Source: Myxococcota bacterium
GTDB taxonomy: Bacteria; Myxococcota_A; SURF-8
Assembly (NCBI GenBank): GCA_965140415.1
Contig: OZ223209.1
Location: 4,320,001 to 4,384,000 of the forward strand
Length of the DNA stretch: 64,000 nt
Direction: 5' to 3'
A program made the translations under genes and the position numbers. The notes below the pieces were generated by a model. It saw only the letters and a program-made list of their open reading frames with translations. It did not search any database and was not told where the DNA came from. Below are positions 10,354 through 19,908 of this stretch, in pieces; the stretch's first letter is position 1, and each line of letters opens with the position of its first letter.

Positions 10354-11004
10354 TTACCCTCCGCTCGCCGTAAGTATCGTTTGGATCGTATTGATCGCGG
10401 TATATGCCGCTAATAGTCTAATTTCATGCCGGTTTCCGGGGAACTGGTGCCGCTCGATGCTTTCCACCGCCGGGTGTTTGACCCCGACAAACACCGTTCC
10501 GACCGGCTTTTCCGGGGTGCCACCATTGGGTCCGGCAATTCCCGAAATCGCTACACAAACCTGCGCTCCGGTGGTGCGATACATGCCGTCCAGCATTTCC
10601 TGCACGCATTCGCGACTGACTGCCCCATGCTTTTCCAACGTGCTGCGCGATACACCCAGACGGCGGATCTTGGCTTCGTTGGAATAGGTCACGACGCTTT
10701 CCACAAACGCTTCCGAAGAGCCGGATACGTCCGTTACCAGTTTGGCCAACAATCCACCGGTGCAGGATTCCGCCGTAGCCAGCAGCAAGCCATGATAGGC
10801 CAGTTGCCGCACGACCCGTTCCACCAGATCTTCACCCTGCAAACTGGGAGCGAGATCGCCCATCAGGCTGCTCAAGTGGCGACTCACCTCCGGCTGATCG
10901 TCCTTTTCCACCTGCTGCGCCACGCAATCGGATAAAAGCAAACCGTCCACTCCCGCGCGCAACAGCACATCCGCCCAATAGGGCTTTGATTCATCGATTT
11001 TCAT
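10354..11004 (-). CDS. cinA: CinA C-terminal/PncC nicotinamide-nucleotide amidohydrolase
   Basis: [42 protein letters not shown]; directly upstream of recA. Confidence 0.92.
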   Translation of the reverse strand: MKIDESKPYWADVLLRAGVDGLLLSDCVAQQVEKDDQPEVSRHLSSLMGDLAPSLQGEDLVERVVRQLAYHGLLLATAESCTGGLLAKLVTDVSGSSEAFVESVVTYSNEAKIRRLGVSRSTLEKHGAVSRECVQEMLDGMYRTTGAQVCVAISGIAGPNGGTPEKPVGTVFVGVKHPAVESIERHQFPGNRHEIRLLAAYTAINTIQTILTASGG

Positions 11005-11243
11005 TCACACCGCCTCATACGGATCATCATTACAATCCGGAAAAAAATTATAAAACCTCATCGACTATGGGGAAAATCCATCCATCGTCGCTACATTCGA
11101 TGCCCTATTGAAGCCTGATTAACGGGGAAAGTCAAGACAGGAACGAGTAAAAGCGAACACGTAGGACATTATCTGTCATACTACCTTCAACGCAATTCAG
11201 ATTATATTCTGTATATGCATGATTCCATTGAGGTTTTAGCGAG

Positions 11244-12008
11244 TTAGTCTTTTTCACCGGGTTGCCGCTGCAAGTAGAGAACCTGAATGATTCCCCCCGA
11301 TGACGCCCCGGAAACTTCACCGATCACCAGATCTCCAGGCCGCAAAAACGCCGTTCCGATATTCAGGCGCGAGCGGGGACAATCCAGGTCTATATCACCT
11401 AACTGAGGATCGTCGGTTTGTCGTTTGAGGGCGAAAAATGGCCGCAGGAGCCATTCGTCACCGGGCTGCCCGCTTATGTTTTGGATTGTAACGACCGGTG
11501 GGCTGAGAAGCTTGACGCGCACCCGGGCAAAGGGGAAGGCCCCTTCCGGCTTGATGCGGATCACCCGCGCGGTGAACTGACGCGACACCGGATCGTGCAG
11601 GCGCGTCGGTTGAGCGACACGCACACTGGAAGCGCCATCTGGCGCAATCAACTCCGTAGGCGCAGTATCTGCAACTTCCGCAAAGGGATCGACAACACTC
11701 TTTTCCGTGATCTCGATTTCCGCAAGGCGCGAAAACAACTCCTGCTGCGGCAGGCCGCTGATTTGAAGGTGAGTCGCATCGAGGCGCTGCAAGGTAGCGC
11801 CTCGCAACTTATCCGACAACTGCTCCCGAGCTTTTTCCAGCCAGGATTCCGGCAACTCGAAAACGAGGGTGTTCTCCTGCGGCTGCTGCCAGCCTGTAGC
11901 CAATGCTGCTTGCGGTTCACCCTGCTCGGATAGCCTCACCAGTGGTTCGGCAAAAGCCGTTTGTATCGAAAATAGCAAGCCGATCGCCAACAACCACGCG
12001 CGCATCAT
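11244..12008 (-). CDS. Hypothetical exported protein (paralog of 12098-12607)
   Basis: Signal peptide ending in AFA. C-terminal half shares DPFA...PDGxSSxR...VK/KVLxPP...NIG...GD...LxYLxR with the adjacent ORF. Confidence 0.75.
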   Translation of the reverse strand: MMRAWLLAIGLLFSIQTAFAEPLVRLSEQGEPQAALATGWQQPQENTLVFELPESWLEKAREQLSDKLRGATLQRLDATHLQISGLPQQELFSRLAEIEITEKSVVDPFAEVADTAPTELIAPDGASSVRVAQPTRLHDPVSRQFTARVIRIKPEGAFPFARVRVKLLSPPVVTIQNISGQPGDEWLLRPFFALKRQTDDPQLGDIDLDCPRSRLNIGTAFLRPGDLVIGEVSGASSGGIIQVLYLQRQPGEKD

Positions 12009-12044
12009 TCGCTTTCCCTTCCGTTTGCCAACATCCCCAAACGC

Positions 12045-12074
12045 GGAAACGGCGGGGACTCGCCCCGCCTTTCC
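12045..12074 (-). terminator. GC-rich hairpin, possible terminator or mRNA stability element
   Basis: GGAAA-C-GGCGGGG / CCCCGCC-TTTCC inverted repeat just downstream of the 12098-12607 ORF; weak U-tract. Confidence 0.45.
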
Positions 12075-12097
12075 ATTATTGATCCCTAAATTTCAGA

Positions 12098-12607
12098 TCA
12101 GGAGCGTTTCAGGTATTCCAGAATGAACTTGCCGTCCTTCTTTTCCTTGATCATGCCTTCGATTTTATCGCCTTTTTGCATGTAATAGATACCGATGTTG
12201 TACTTGTTGTTGGCGTCGTTGAAATCAAACTTGCCGTCCTTGCGGTTCCAGTTGACCGTGAAATCGTAGCTTTGGCCTTTTTTCAATTCAGGATGCGCAC
12301 CTTTTTTGCAACTCGGCGGAGTCAGCACCTTGATTTTCAGTTCGTAGACACGCGGCCAGACTTTTTCGTCGGTCTTGACGATTTCCACCCGTCCTTTGAA
12401 GATACGCGGATCAACCTTCTTCTTGGCGCGAATCGAACTGGAGCCGTCCGGAATGGCCAGGCCGGTATCATCCGCCGCACCCAACCCGGCGAAGGGATCG
12501 TCCAATACAACTTGTGCATTGTCTCCGGCTGGCGCTTCCTGCGCAATAGCCAATCCCAATCCCAAAATCGCCAGCAATCCGATCGCTAAAAATATGGTCT
12601 TTTTCAT
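12098..12607 (-). CDS. Hypothetical exported protein (paralog of 11244-12008)
   Basis: Signal peptide MKKTIFLAIGLLAILGLGLAIA. ATGA overlap with the upstream ORF and GAAGG RBS. Confidence 0.8.
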   Translation of the reverse strand: MKKTIFLAIGLLAILGLGLAIAQEAPAGDNAQVVLDDPFAGLGAADDTGLAIPDGSSSIRAKKKVDPRIFKGRVEIVKTDEKVWPRVYELKIKVLTPPSCKKGAHPELKKGQSYDFTVNWNRKDGKFDFNDANNKYNIGIYYMQKGDKIEGMIKEKKDGKFILEYLKRS

Positions 12608-13287
12608 TTCGCCTTCTCCTTCGGTTTGTTCGAATTCATCGGTTTCGATTTCTTGCCGGTTTTCGGTTCGGCTTTGGTCAACACGTGAAACACCTGCACC
12701 GACAGCTTCGCGCCGTCCAGTTCTCCAACCACCCAGGCGCGCGACCCGATCCCCGCCCGTAAAACCTTTATCACTTTAGAATTACCGTGCAGCGCCAAGC
12801 CCTGCCCGATATTCTTGACGACCAGAAACAGTTCGCCTTCCTGCTGAGCCAGCGTTCCAAAATACGGCTTGCGCCCATTGCCGACATCCATGATTTCGTA
12901 ATCGACAACGTTCAGGTCTTCATAGCCTAGCTTGTCGCCTTTCTTCTCGTCCTTGTCGTCGTCATCGTCTTCATCTTCCAAAAACCGAACGCACACCGTG
13001 ATGTTCCGCAGTTGCCGCAGTTCATCGACATACGCGCCGGTCAACCGGTAGCGATGCTGAGGTTTCTTTTTCGGGCTTTCAGCCTTATCCGTTTTCTCTG
13101 TCGTCACCGCCGCAGTATCGTCTTTCACCTGCAACACCACGGTCTGAAAATTCGAGGTTCCAACAACCTTGATAACACCCGTTTTTTCGATGAGATCCTC
13201 GTTGTCATCGTCCTCTGCCTGGGCCGTTACGGAGAAAAGCAACAGAGCCAATACTACCGAAAACAGAATTTTGTAATGCATCTTCAT
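12604..13287 (-). CDS. Hypothetical exported protein, beta-rich (possibly two OB-like modules)
   Basis: Signal peptide ending in AQA; tightly packed with neighbours on the same strand. Confidence 0.75.
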   Translation of the reverse strand: MKMHYKILFSVVLALLLFSVTAQAEDDDNEDLIEKTGVIKVVGTSNFQTVVLQVKDDTAAVTTEKTDKAESPKKKPQHRYRLTGAYVDELRQLRNITVCVRFLEDEDDDDDKDEKKGDKLGYEDLNVVDYEIMDVGNGRKPYFGTLAQQEGELFLVVKNIGQGLALHGNSKVIKVLRAGIGSRAWVVGELDGAKLSVQVFHVLTKAEPKTGKKSKPMNSNKPKEKAK

Positions 13288-13296
13288 TCCTTCCCC

Positions 13297-15060
13297 CTAC
13301 TTCACGCGCACGACGGCAAACGCCACATCCGCATCTTCTCCGGTGGTCGAGAAATACCGGTTGCTGTCACCCTTGGCAATCCAGCAGTTCAAGCCGGTAG
13401 AAGTCAACACACCATCGTTGTAATCGCTCAACTCTTCTGAGTAATCATTCGAGAAGCCCATGAACGTCACCGACTGACCTTCCGCAGTGGTGCGGCTGCA
13501 ATTCGTGCAGACGCCGATCTGCTGGCCGGTGATGGGATCGTCGTACAACTCATCATAGGCATATTTGGAACTGTCGGAAATGGACAGATCGTCCAAGCTG
13601 ACCGCCGCCATCCAGTTGAAAAACGCCTGATCCCAACTGATGTCCAAAGCCGCCTTCACCGCGTCGAAACCGGTGTCGGAAGTACGCACCAAGCTGGTTA
13701 AAAACGCCGCTCCGCCGTTGTCGGTCAGTGCGCCGCCGTCCGTACTCGAATAGCTCGCCCCGCCCTGCTGCTCGAAAAGATAGCGCATGAACAAAAATCC
13801 CATGCCGCGCGTTTCCACGCTGTCTTCGCTGAATGCCCAGGAGACCGCAGACGCATCGGATAAAAACGCGGCTGTCGTGGCGATATTGTCGATACCATAA
13901 CCACTCGCATCTTCCGCAAAGTGCGCCAGGTTTTCATCCAGCCAGACTTCTTCCGCCGCTCCGTACTTGCCACCCTTGATGCCGAACATCATCAGATGAT
14001 AATACTCGTGACCCACGGTTCCCAGAATCGACCCCAGATCGTCTGCGCTCTGCGGCAGTTGTATCCACAGAATATCCGCCGCATTGCCGGTCGCACCCGA
14101 AACGCCCGCATCCGCGAAGTCGGCGGGATTGAAGAATCCAGCCACCCCAGCATCGTTAACGAGATGGGTTGCGATCAGCAGATGTACACCATTCTGATCG
14201 GCGTCGGTCCAGTCGGTGCCATCGATAGTCGAAGACCCGAAGAAAAACTGATCGCGCGGATAAACCACACTGTCGAATTTTTCCACGATGCTCTGGATAT
14301 CGCTTTCACTGAAGGAAGCAGCGTCGTCTTCATCCACTGCCAACGCGACGTGTTCGCCTACCGCGCGCACCTGCACGTGGATGTCCTGGGTGGATTCGTT
14401 GAAATCCATAAAGGTCACGTCGAAATCGCTTTGACAACTGCCCTTCCATTCGACTTCGCCTGCACCGCAGTCAACCATCAGTCGCGCCCGTTTGGCTTGA
14501 CGCTTCAACAACTGCTCGCCGGTATAGCGTCCTTCCATCAACAGACGGCGTCCCCGTTCTCGCAAGCTTTTATCCGTTTGCTGCCGCGTCAGCAGGCGCT
14601 GATATCCGGCTTCGCTGATCCAGGCCGGTTTTGCCTGCTCAAATGCGCTGACCGGCTGCATCCTTACCCGCGAAAATAACGAGGAATCACCATCCTCAAA
14701 GCTATCTCCATCCGCCGTATCGCCATCGGCAATGTCGTCACCATCGACGCTGTCATCGCCATCGATTTGCGGCGCTTCACCTTCTTCAATGGTATAACCA
14801 GTCGAACTTTCCGTTTCCACCGGCCAGAACGGCAGAATGTGATATTCCTCCGTTCCTTCCGAAAAACCGAGTTCGAAACTATCCCCGGCATCGACCATGC
14901 GAACCACCGAATTGAGATCGCCGTCGGTCACGTCGCCATCGGTCTCGTCGTCCAGAACGTCACAGGCCAACAACATCGCAGTCAGTAACATCACAACCAA
15001 AATCAACGCTATTTTTTCCCTGAACATGGAATTTCTCCTTGTTAAGATGTCCATGCGCAC
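13297..15060 (-). CDS. Zinc metallopeptidase lipoprotein (HEXXH+E, M30-like)
   Basis: Lipobox LLAC, DGD repeats, AGFFNPAD, GHEYYHLM, and downstream WLDENLA carrying the likely third ligand Glu. Start may be ATG 15027. Confidence 0.8.
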   Translation of the reverse strand: MRMDILTRRNSMFREKIALILVVMLLTAMLLACDVLDDETDGDVTDGDLNSVVRMVDAGDSFELGFSEGTEEYHILPFWPVETESSTGYTIEEGEAPQIDGDDSVDGDDIADGDTADGDSFEDGDSSLFSRVRMQPVSAFEQAKPAWISEAGYQRLLTRQQTDKSLRERGRRLLMEGRYTGEQLLKRQAKRARLMVDCGAGEVEWKGSCQSDFDVTFMDFNESTQDIHVQVRAVGEHVALAVDEDDAASFSESDIQSIVEKFDSVVYPRDQFFFGSSTIDGTDWTDADQNGVHLLIATHLVNDAGVAGFFNPADFADAGVSGATGNAADILWIQLPQSADDLGSILGTVGHEYYHLMMFGIKGGKYGAAEEVWLDENLAHFAEDASGYGIDNIATTAAFLSDASAVSWAFSEDSVETRGMGFLFMRYLFEQQGGASYSSTDGGALTDNGGAAFLTSLVRTSDTGFDAVKAALDISWDQAFFNWMAAVSLDDLSISDSSKYAYDELYDDPITGQQIGVCTNCSRTTAEGQSVTFMGFSNDYSEELSDYNDGVLTSTGLNCWIAKGDSNRYFSTTGEDADVAFAVVRVK

Positions 15061-15175
15061 ATCGATTTCACCAGCCCCGTTCGGCTATCCTTACGCCACA
15101 ATCGTAACGCAGCCCCCAGAAATGTCAAGGTAAACTGAAAGGTGTACAATACGGTATTGGAAAACGATCGCCTTA

Positions 15176-17581
15176 CTACGGCTGGACGATAAGTCCCAGG
15201 TAACGCCCCAGCCAGTAGGGCAGCAGCCAGGGAGTGAGCATGCGCTCCAGGCCGCCATTGCCGTCTTCATCCAGCGTGTAGGGGTTTTCCGCCCAGCGGA
15301 TGAACTGCTTCTGATTGTAAGGCAGCACCTGTTCGGATTGCTGCTTGCCGTGCCGGTCGAGTTTGCTTCGAACCACCACATCCGCACGATGGCTGTTTTT
15401 CACTTCCCAGGTAATGCCATTGGTGTGAAACTCGCGTAAGGTCTGGATACCGATCTGCAAATCGTTTTCATCCTTCCGTGACATCCAGGCATACAACATG
15501 TTGAATTCCGGATTCTTTTCGGGGCGCTGCACTTCCCACAGGTATTCCAGCCCCTCCTGCCAGGCTGCCATCAGGCAGGGGTCGGTTTCGTAGCGGATCA
15601 AGGTCGCCAGCCCAAGGAAGGACATTTCCTCCGAATCATGATTGACGTGGGTCAGCAGGTTTATTTCCTCAATGCGCCGCACGTAATCGACATATCCCTC
15701 ATCGTAAGCGAGATAATGGAACGCATCCATGAATCGCTTCTCGCCGGTCATATGATACGTTGCCAGCAAACCACCCAGTATCGTGGCGGAATTCAAACCG
15801 GCATCACCGAATACACCAATCAATTCCATGAATTCGGGCGACAGTTGCCCGTGTTCGGTGACTTTGCCATCGATATCCACAATGCTGTAGCCGTTTTCGA
15901 TGATGCCATCGTGCAGATCCATGAATACCTGGGCGATTTCCGCTTTTTCCTGCTCGTTGGCCACCAGATCGTAAAAGAGCGACATGCCGAACACATGCCC
16001 TACGTATTCATCCTTGGAAGTATCCCCTTTCCAGCACCATTGTTCCTCCGCAGAAAGATGCCATTCGCCTGGACCATCGGCGAGATCGGCACAGCGCTCT
16101 GGCTCCAGCACCGAACGGGCGAAAAAGCCCTTTTTACCGGTAACGGTCAATAACCGCAGCATTCCCTGCACCGCTTCCCGTGCATGCGCAGCCGCCTCGG
16201 CATCACCGGTTACGGCATAGCGAAACGCCTGCGACGCCAGATACATCTCCGTCCACTGACCGTCGTTATCGTCATCGAAAGTATACGCGGTATCCAGATT
16301 TCCAGGCTCGCGCAAACCACAACGTGCAAACATACCGTAACGGTTATGGCGTTCGTACATGCCGCGATCCAGGATTTCAGCCTTCTGTTGAAGCGTCATA
16401 TCCTGTCGCTGCACCAACCCCAAACCGGTCGCCGTTCCGATAGCCAACAGGTTACCTCCCAGATCCACCGCCGCGCGTACCTCCCAGTCCGGCACCCAAT
16501 AACGGGAATGGTAATAGTTCCAGAAGCCACTATCCGGGACATAGGTCACAAGTCCCTTGTCGGTCGGCATCAGAAAACGGCCTTCGCCATCAACCGTCAA
16601 CCCATTCAATTCCAGCACCGGTAAACCCTGCTCGCCGGTCAAGGTTTCCAAACCGGAAGTGGTGGCATGCACCAGTCCGGCTTGTGTCGCCAGCCAGAAC
16701 TCATTTTCCGAGACGCACCGAATCCCAGTCACCAGCGGCGAGGGCAACTCTTCTGCCGTATAAAGCTGGTTCGTTTCCGAACTGCCGCCTTTGGTTATGC
16801 GCCACAAACCATTGGTCGTCGCCAAAGTAAGGGAATCGTCATGTTCGCAGAGATCGGAAATCGAGAAACCGGTCCAGGGACCGTAGCTCTCGGAAATCTG
16901 GCCATTGGCGGCGGTCACAAGCGACAACTGCGAGGGATCCAACTGAACCCACAGATTACCATCCGCAGAAGCTTTCAGCAGGCTGATTGCAGCCCCCAGA
17001 TCCGTCGAACGCGGAGCTTGATCCAAAGCGCCCACATACAAGGTTTGACCGCTGGTGGCGGCGAATTCGCCGGAATCGAGCCGAATCAAAGCGGAATAGG
17101 CAACAGCGGGCCAATCGGCAATGCTGGTCACCTGGCCTTCGCGAGCGATGCGCAACAGTCCTTCACCGGTTGCAGCAATCGCTTCCGCGTCTTGCTGGCT
17201 TCCACCAGCTGCTAACGCCGTGACACCGCCAGCAGGAATGCCGCTTTCCACCAACAAGCCGATTTCCTGTGGATAGGCTTCGTCGGTCACAGTCTGCGTG
17301 GGTTGCCAGACATCCGTCGGAATCGGCCAGGGAGTATCACAGGTATAGGTCGGATATCCGCTCTCGTCAATTTCCGTTTCGGCTTCCAAATCGGCGTCGC
17401 CGTCGCCGTCTCCGTCAACCTGCTCAAGCTCAGCTGTTTCCATATCGCCATCGGGAAGATTGTCCTGCGAGTCGGAATCATCGCAACCGGCAATACATCC
17501 AAAAAGCCAGAACAGCATCAAGCCGCCAACGATTCCGAGTTTACATCCACTACACGTCATATTACTCCCCGTTCTTTCCAT
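15176..17581 (-). CDS. Lipoprotein with beta-propeller-like N-terminal region and helical (alpha/alpha-barrel-like) C-terminal domain, function unknown
   Basis: Lipobox IAGC, DGD repeats, propeller-like LxLAT/FWLATQAGL repeats. C-terminal motifs DNDGQWTEMYLASQAFRYAVTG and WKGDTSKDEYVGH. Confidence 0.7.
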   Translation of the reverse strand: MERTGSNMTCSGCKLGIVGGLMLFWLFGCIAGCDDSDSQDNLPDGDMETAELEQVDGDGDGDADLEAETEIDESGYPTYTCDTPWPIPTDVWQPTQTVTDEAYPQEIGLLVESGIPAGGVTALAAGGSQQDAEAIAATGEGLLRIAREGQVTSIADWPAVAYSALIRLDSGEFAATSGQTLYVGALDQAPRSTDLGAAISLLKASADGNLWVQLDPSQLSLVTAANGQISESYGPWTGFSISDLCEHDDSLTLATTNGLWRITKGGSSETNQLYTAEELPSPLVTGIRCVSENEFWLATQAGLVHATTSGLETLTGEQGLPVLELNGLTVDGEGRFLMPTDKGLVTYVPDSGFWNYYHSRYWVPDWEVRAAVDLGGNLLAIGTATGLGLVQRQDMTLQQKAEILDRGMYERHNRYGMFARCGLREPGNLDTAYTFDDDNDGQWTEMYLASQAFRYAVTGDAEAAAHAREAVQGMLRLLTVTGKKGFFARSVLEPERCADLADGPGEWHLSAEEQWCWKGDTSKDEYVGHVFGMSLFYDLVANEQEKAEIAQVFMDLHDGIIENGYSIVDIDGKVTEHGQLSPEFMELIGVFGDAGLNSATILGGLLATYHMTGEKRFMDAFHYLAYDEGYVDYVRRIEEINLLTHVNHDSEEMSFLGLATLIRYETDPCLMAAWQEGLEYLWEVQRPEKNPEFNMLYAWMSRKDENDLQIGIQTLREFHTNGITWEVKNSHRADVVVRSKLDRHGKQQSEQVLPYNQKQFIRWAENPYTLDEDGNGGLERMLTPWLLPYWLGRYLGLIVQP

Positions 17582-17816
17582 TCCGAAACACGTGTTCCAA
17601 GAAAAGCATCCGCCATCACTTGATTATCCAAGGCGATCTATACATGTTGTTGCGAATCCGGTCCCAGCCTAATCCCGTCGGGAGAAGCTGTCAAGCCATC
17701 CACTATTTGCAATTTGCAAGCCGCTAAAGCCATCACCGAAACGAAAACGCAAACCATCAAGACTTAACCTATTGTTTTCACTAATCAATAATGAACAATC
17801 CATCCGTGCAAGCGAG

Positions 17817-17845
17817 TTGACGCCCCTGCTTTCTTCTGTTACACT
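17817..17845 (+). promoter_or_regulatory. Sigma70-type promoter for the ATPase gene/operon
   Basis: TTGACG-17 bp-TACACT with extended TG. It lies inside the 5' extension given by the ORF track, which supports ATG 17982 as the real start. Confidence 0.65.
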
Positions 17846-17981
17846 CAAGCGGGAATGTGATCGAAATGGAGAGAAGGGAACAACTGCCGATAGTCACGCG
17901 TATGCACACAAGCTTCGCGCGCTGACATCCAAGGCAGAAAACCGAACTCCCGGTTTCCAATACGGTGAAGGGAATTGCAGC

Positions 17982-19841
17982 ATGGGGAAGCGTTGGACGG
18001 TCTTCGGACTGTTACTGGTGTCGATGTTGACCGGCTTCGCAGCGTTTTGCGCGGAAAGCAACATCCTGCCCAGCGACTCACAGATCACCGCTGAAGGGCT
18101 TGCAGAACAGGAACTGGACGCCCTGCGGTTGATGTACCATAAGGTTTCAAAGGAAGAACTCGACAGAAAACGCCAGATTCTTTCCGAAAAAGAACTGCAA
18201 CTCAATATCAAGCTCAATTCCAGCCGAGCTAAGAAAGAGCGCGCCTATCTGCTCGATTTGCAGCAGCAATTGTATAAAATCCATCAAGAAGTCGAACTGA
18301 TCGACGAGATCCGGGAAAATCCCTACGATCCGGTCTATCTGGTGCGCCATTATCAGGACTTTCTTGTGGTAGCGGCCATCGGTATCGGCGGATTGCTTTT
18401 CCTGTTAATCGCTTTTGCTCTTTTCAAGCATAGCCGCGAGATGAAACAACTCGGTCCGGTGGATCGCAGCCCCATGGAAAGCGAACCCAAGGGAGCAGGT
18501 CAGCGCGTGGTGCAAGGTTTCAACACCGAGCGCAAAAGCCAGATCGAAGTCAACGAAAGTATGCTTGGATTGGGATTGCCGGGCGGAGCGGTTCCCATCC
18601 CGTTGCAGGATTTACAATCACATATCGACAATTTCCTGATCGAAAACCCGAACGCCTACAACCAGTTGATGTACTTCATCTTCCGCCAGGCGATTCTCTG
18701 GCACGCCAGCGATATTCACATGCAACGCTCCGGTGGCTGGTTCGAAGTCAAATTCCGCTTGGACGGCTTACTGCATCCGACCTGCGTTTTGGATCTGCAT
18801 CGCGAACGGGAAATGATCAACATCGTCAAGATCATGAGCCGCATGAAAACCTTCGAGCATCGCGAAGCGCAGGAAGGTCGCCTGGACTTCCAGATGAGCG
18901 ACCATTGGTACGATTTCCGCGTGTCGGTGGTGCCGATCGTAGATACGGAGAAAATCGTCATCCGTATTTTCGGCGATGAAGACGTGCCCTTCAATCTCGA
19001 CCGCCTGGGGCTTTCCATCGACACCACGGAAAGAAGCAAGGAGATTCTACAACAGCGTTTCGGTCTGTTTCTGCTGGTCGGCCCGACCGGATCGGGAAAG
19101 ACCACCACGATGTACAGCTCGCTTCTGCATTTACAAAACGCCATTGGCGGCTTGAATATCGTCACGCTGGAAGATCCGGTGGAACACGTGTTCGAAGGCA
19201 TTACCCAGATTCAGATCAACCCGGTTAAAAACCTGAGTTTCGAAAGCGGTTTCCGCAACATCCTGCGGCAGGACCCGGAAGTCATCATGATCGGCGAGAT
19301 TCGCGATGGCGAAGCCACCAAGCTCGTTACGAGAGCCGCTCAAACCGGACATCTGGTTATCAGCACCGTGCACGCCGTCACAACACTTGGCGCGGTGGAT
19401 CGTATGCTGGATCTGGGAGCCGATCCTTATGCCTTGCACACCACGCTTTCGGCGGTGCTTTCCCAGCGACTCGTCAAACAGGTTTGCCTGCATTGCCGCA
19501 GCGCCTATCAACCCGATCCGGCTTATGTGGCCGAAGCCATGAAAATTCTAGGGAGCGGCGATATCGAATGGCAGCAGGGAAAAGGTTGCGAACACTGCCT
19601 GCAACGCGGTTATCGCGGGCGAATCGTATTAGACGAACTGCTGGCGATTCCGCTGCACGAACGTGAGCGGCTGGCGGGCATCGAAAATCGGGCCCAGCGC
19701 CAGGAAATCCTGCGACAGTACATCAATCACAGCCTCTATGAAGACGGCGTTCGCAAGGCCGCCGCAGGGTTGACGACGCTGGACGAAGTCGCCATGACCT
19801 TGGGCGATCTCAAGCAGATTCACCCCAGCATTCGTACGTGA
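17982..19841 (+). CDS. GspE/PilB-family secretion ATPase with N-terminal signal peptide, coiled-coil and TM helix
   Basis: ASDIH, FRLDG, Walker A GPTGSGKT, TLEDPVE, RQDPEVIMIGEIRD, TGHLVISTVH, Zn knuckles CLHC/CEHC, GLTTLDEV. N-terminus MGKRWTVFGLLLVSMLTGFAAFCA; TM FLVVAAIGIGGLLFLLIAFALF. Confidence 0.9.
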   Translation: MGKRWTVFGLLLVSMLTGFAAFCAESNILPSDSQITAEGLAEQELDALRLMYHKVSKEELDRKRQILSEKELQLNIKLNSSRAKKERAYLLDLQQQLYKIHQEVELIDEIRENPYDPVYLVRHYQDFLVVAAIGIGGLLFLLIAFALFKHSREMKQLGPVDRSPMESEPKGAGQRVVQGFNTERKSQIEVNESMLGLGLPGGAVPIPLQDLQSHIDNFLIENPNAYNQLMYFIFRQAILWHASDIHMQRSGGWFEVKFRLDGLLHPTCVLDLHREREMINIVKIMSRMKTFEHREAQEGRLDFQMSDHWYDFRVSVVPIVDTEKIVIRIFGDEDVPFNLDRLGLSIDTTERSKEILQQRFGLFLLVGPTGSGKTTTMYSSLLHLQNAIGGLNIVTLEDPVEHVFEGITQIQINPVKNLSFESGFRNILRQDPEVIMIGEIRDGEATKLVTRAAQTGHLVISTVHAVTTLGAVDRMLDLGADPYALHTTLSAVLSQRLVKQVCLHCRSAYQPDPAYVAEAMKILGSGDIEWQQGKGCEHCLQRGYRGRIVLDELLAIPLHERERLAGIENRAQRQEILRQYINHSLYEDGVRKAAAGLTTLDEVAMTLGDLKQIHPSIRT

Positions 19842-19908
19842 GCTCCGTTTTTTTTTTAAGCGACGAAGAAACTTGCGTTGGCACGGGAAACGTAGTTGAT
19901 GGCAATCA

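Noticed and set aside
11005-11243. LexA/SOS box upstream of cinA-recA
   Set aside because: No match found to the SOS box consensus sequences I know.
17772-17981. ORF-track N-terminal extensions (also 32686-32913, 41461-41559, 44251-44427, 48721-48930)
   Set aside because: Downstream ATGs give better starts: an RBS or signal peptide, or the extension overlaps a promoter or another gene.
19848-19895. T10 tract and TGGCACG upstream of the AsmA-like gene as a phase-variation site or sigma54 promoter
   Set aside because: The -12 TTGC element is absent, no strong stem precedes the T-run, and one sequence cannot show length variation.
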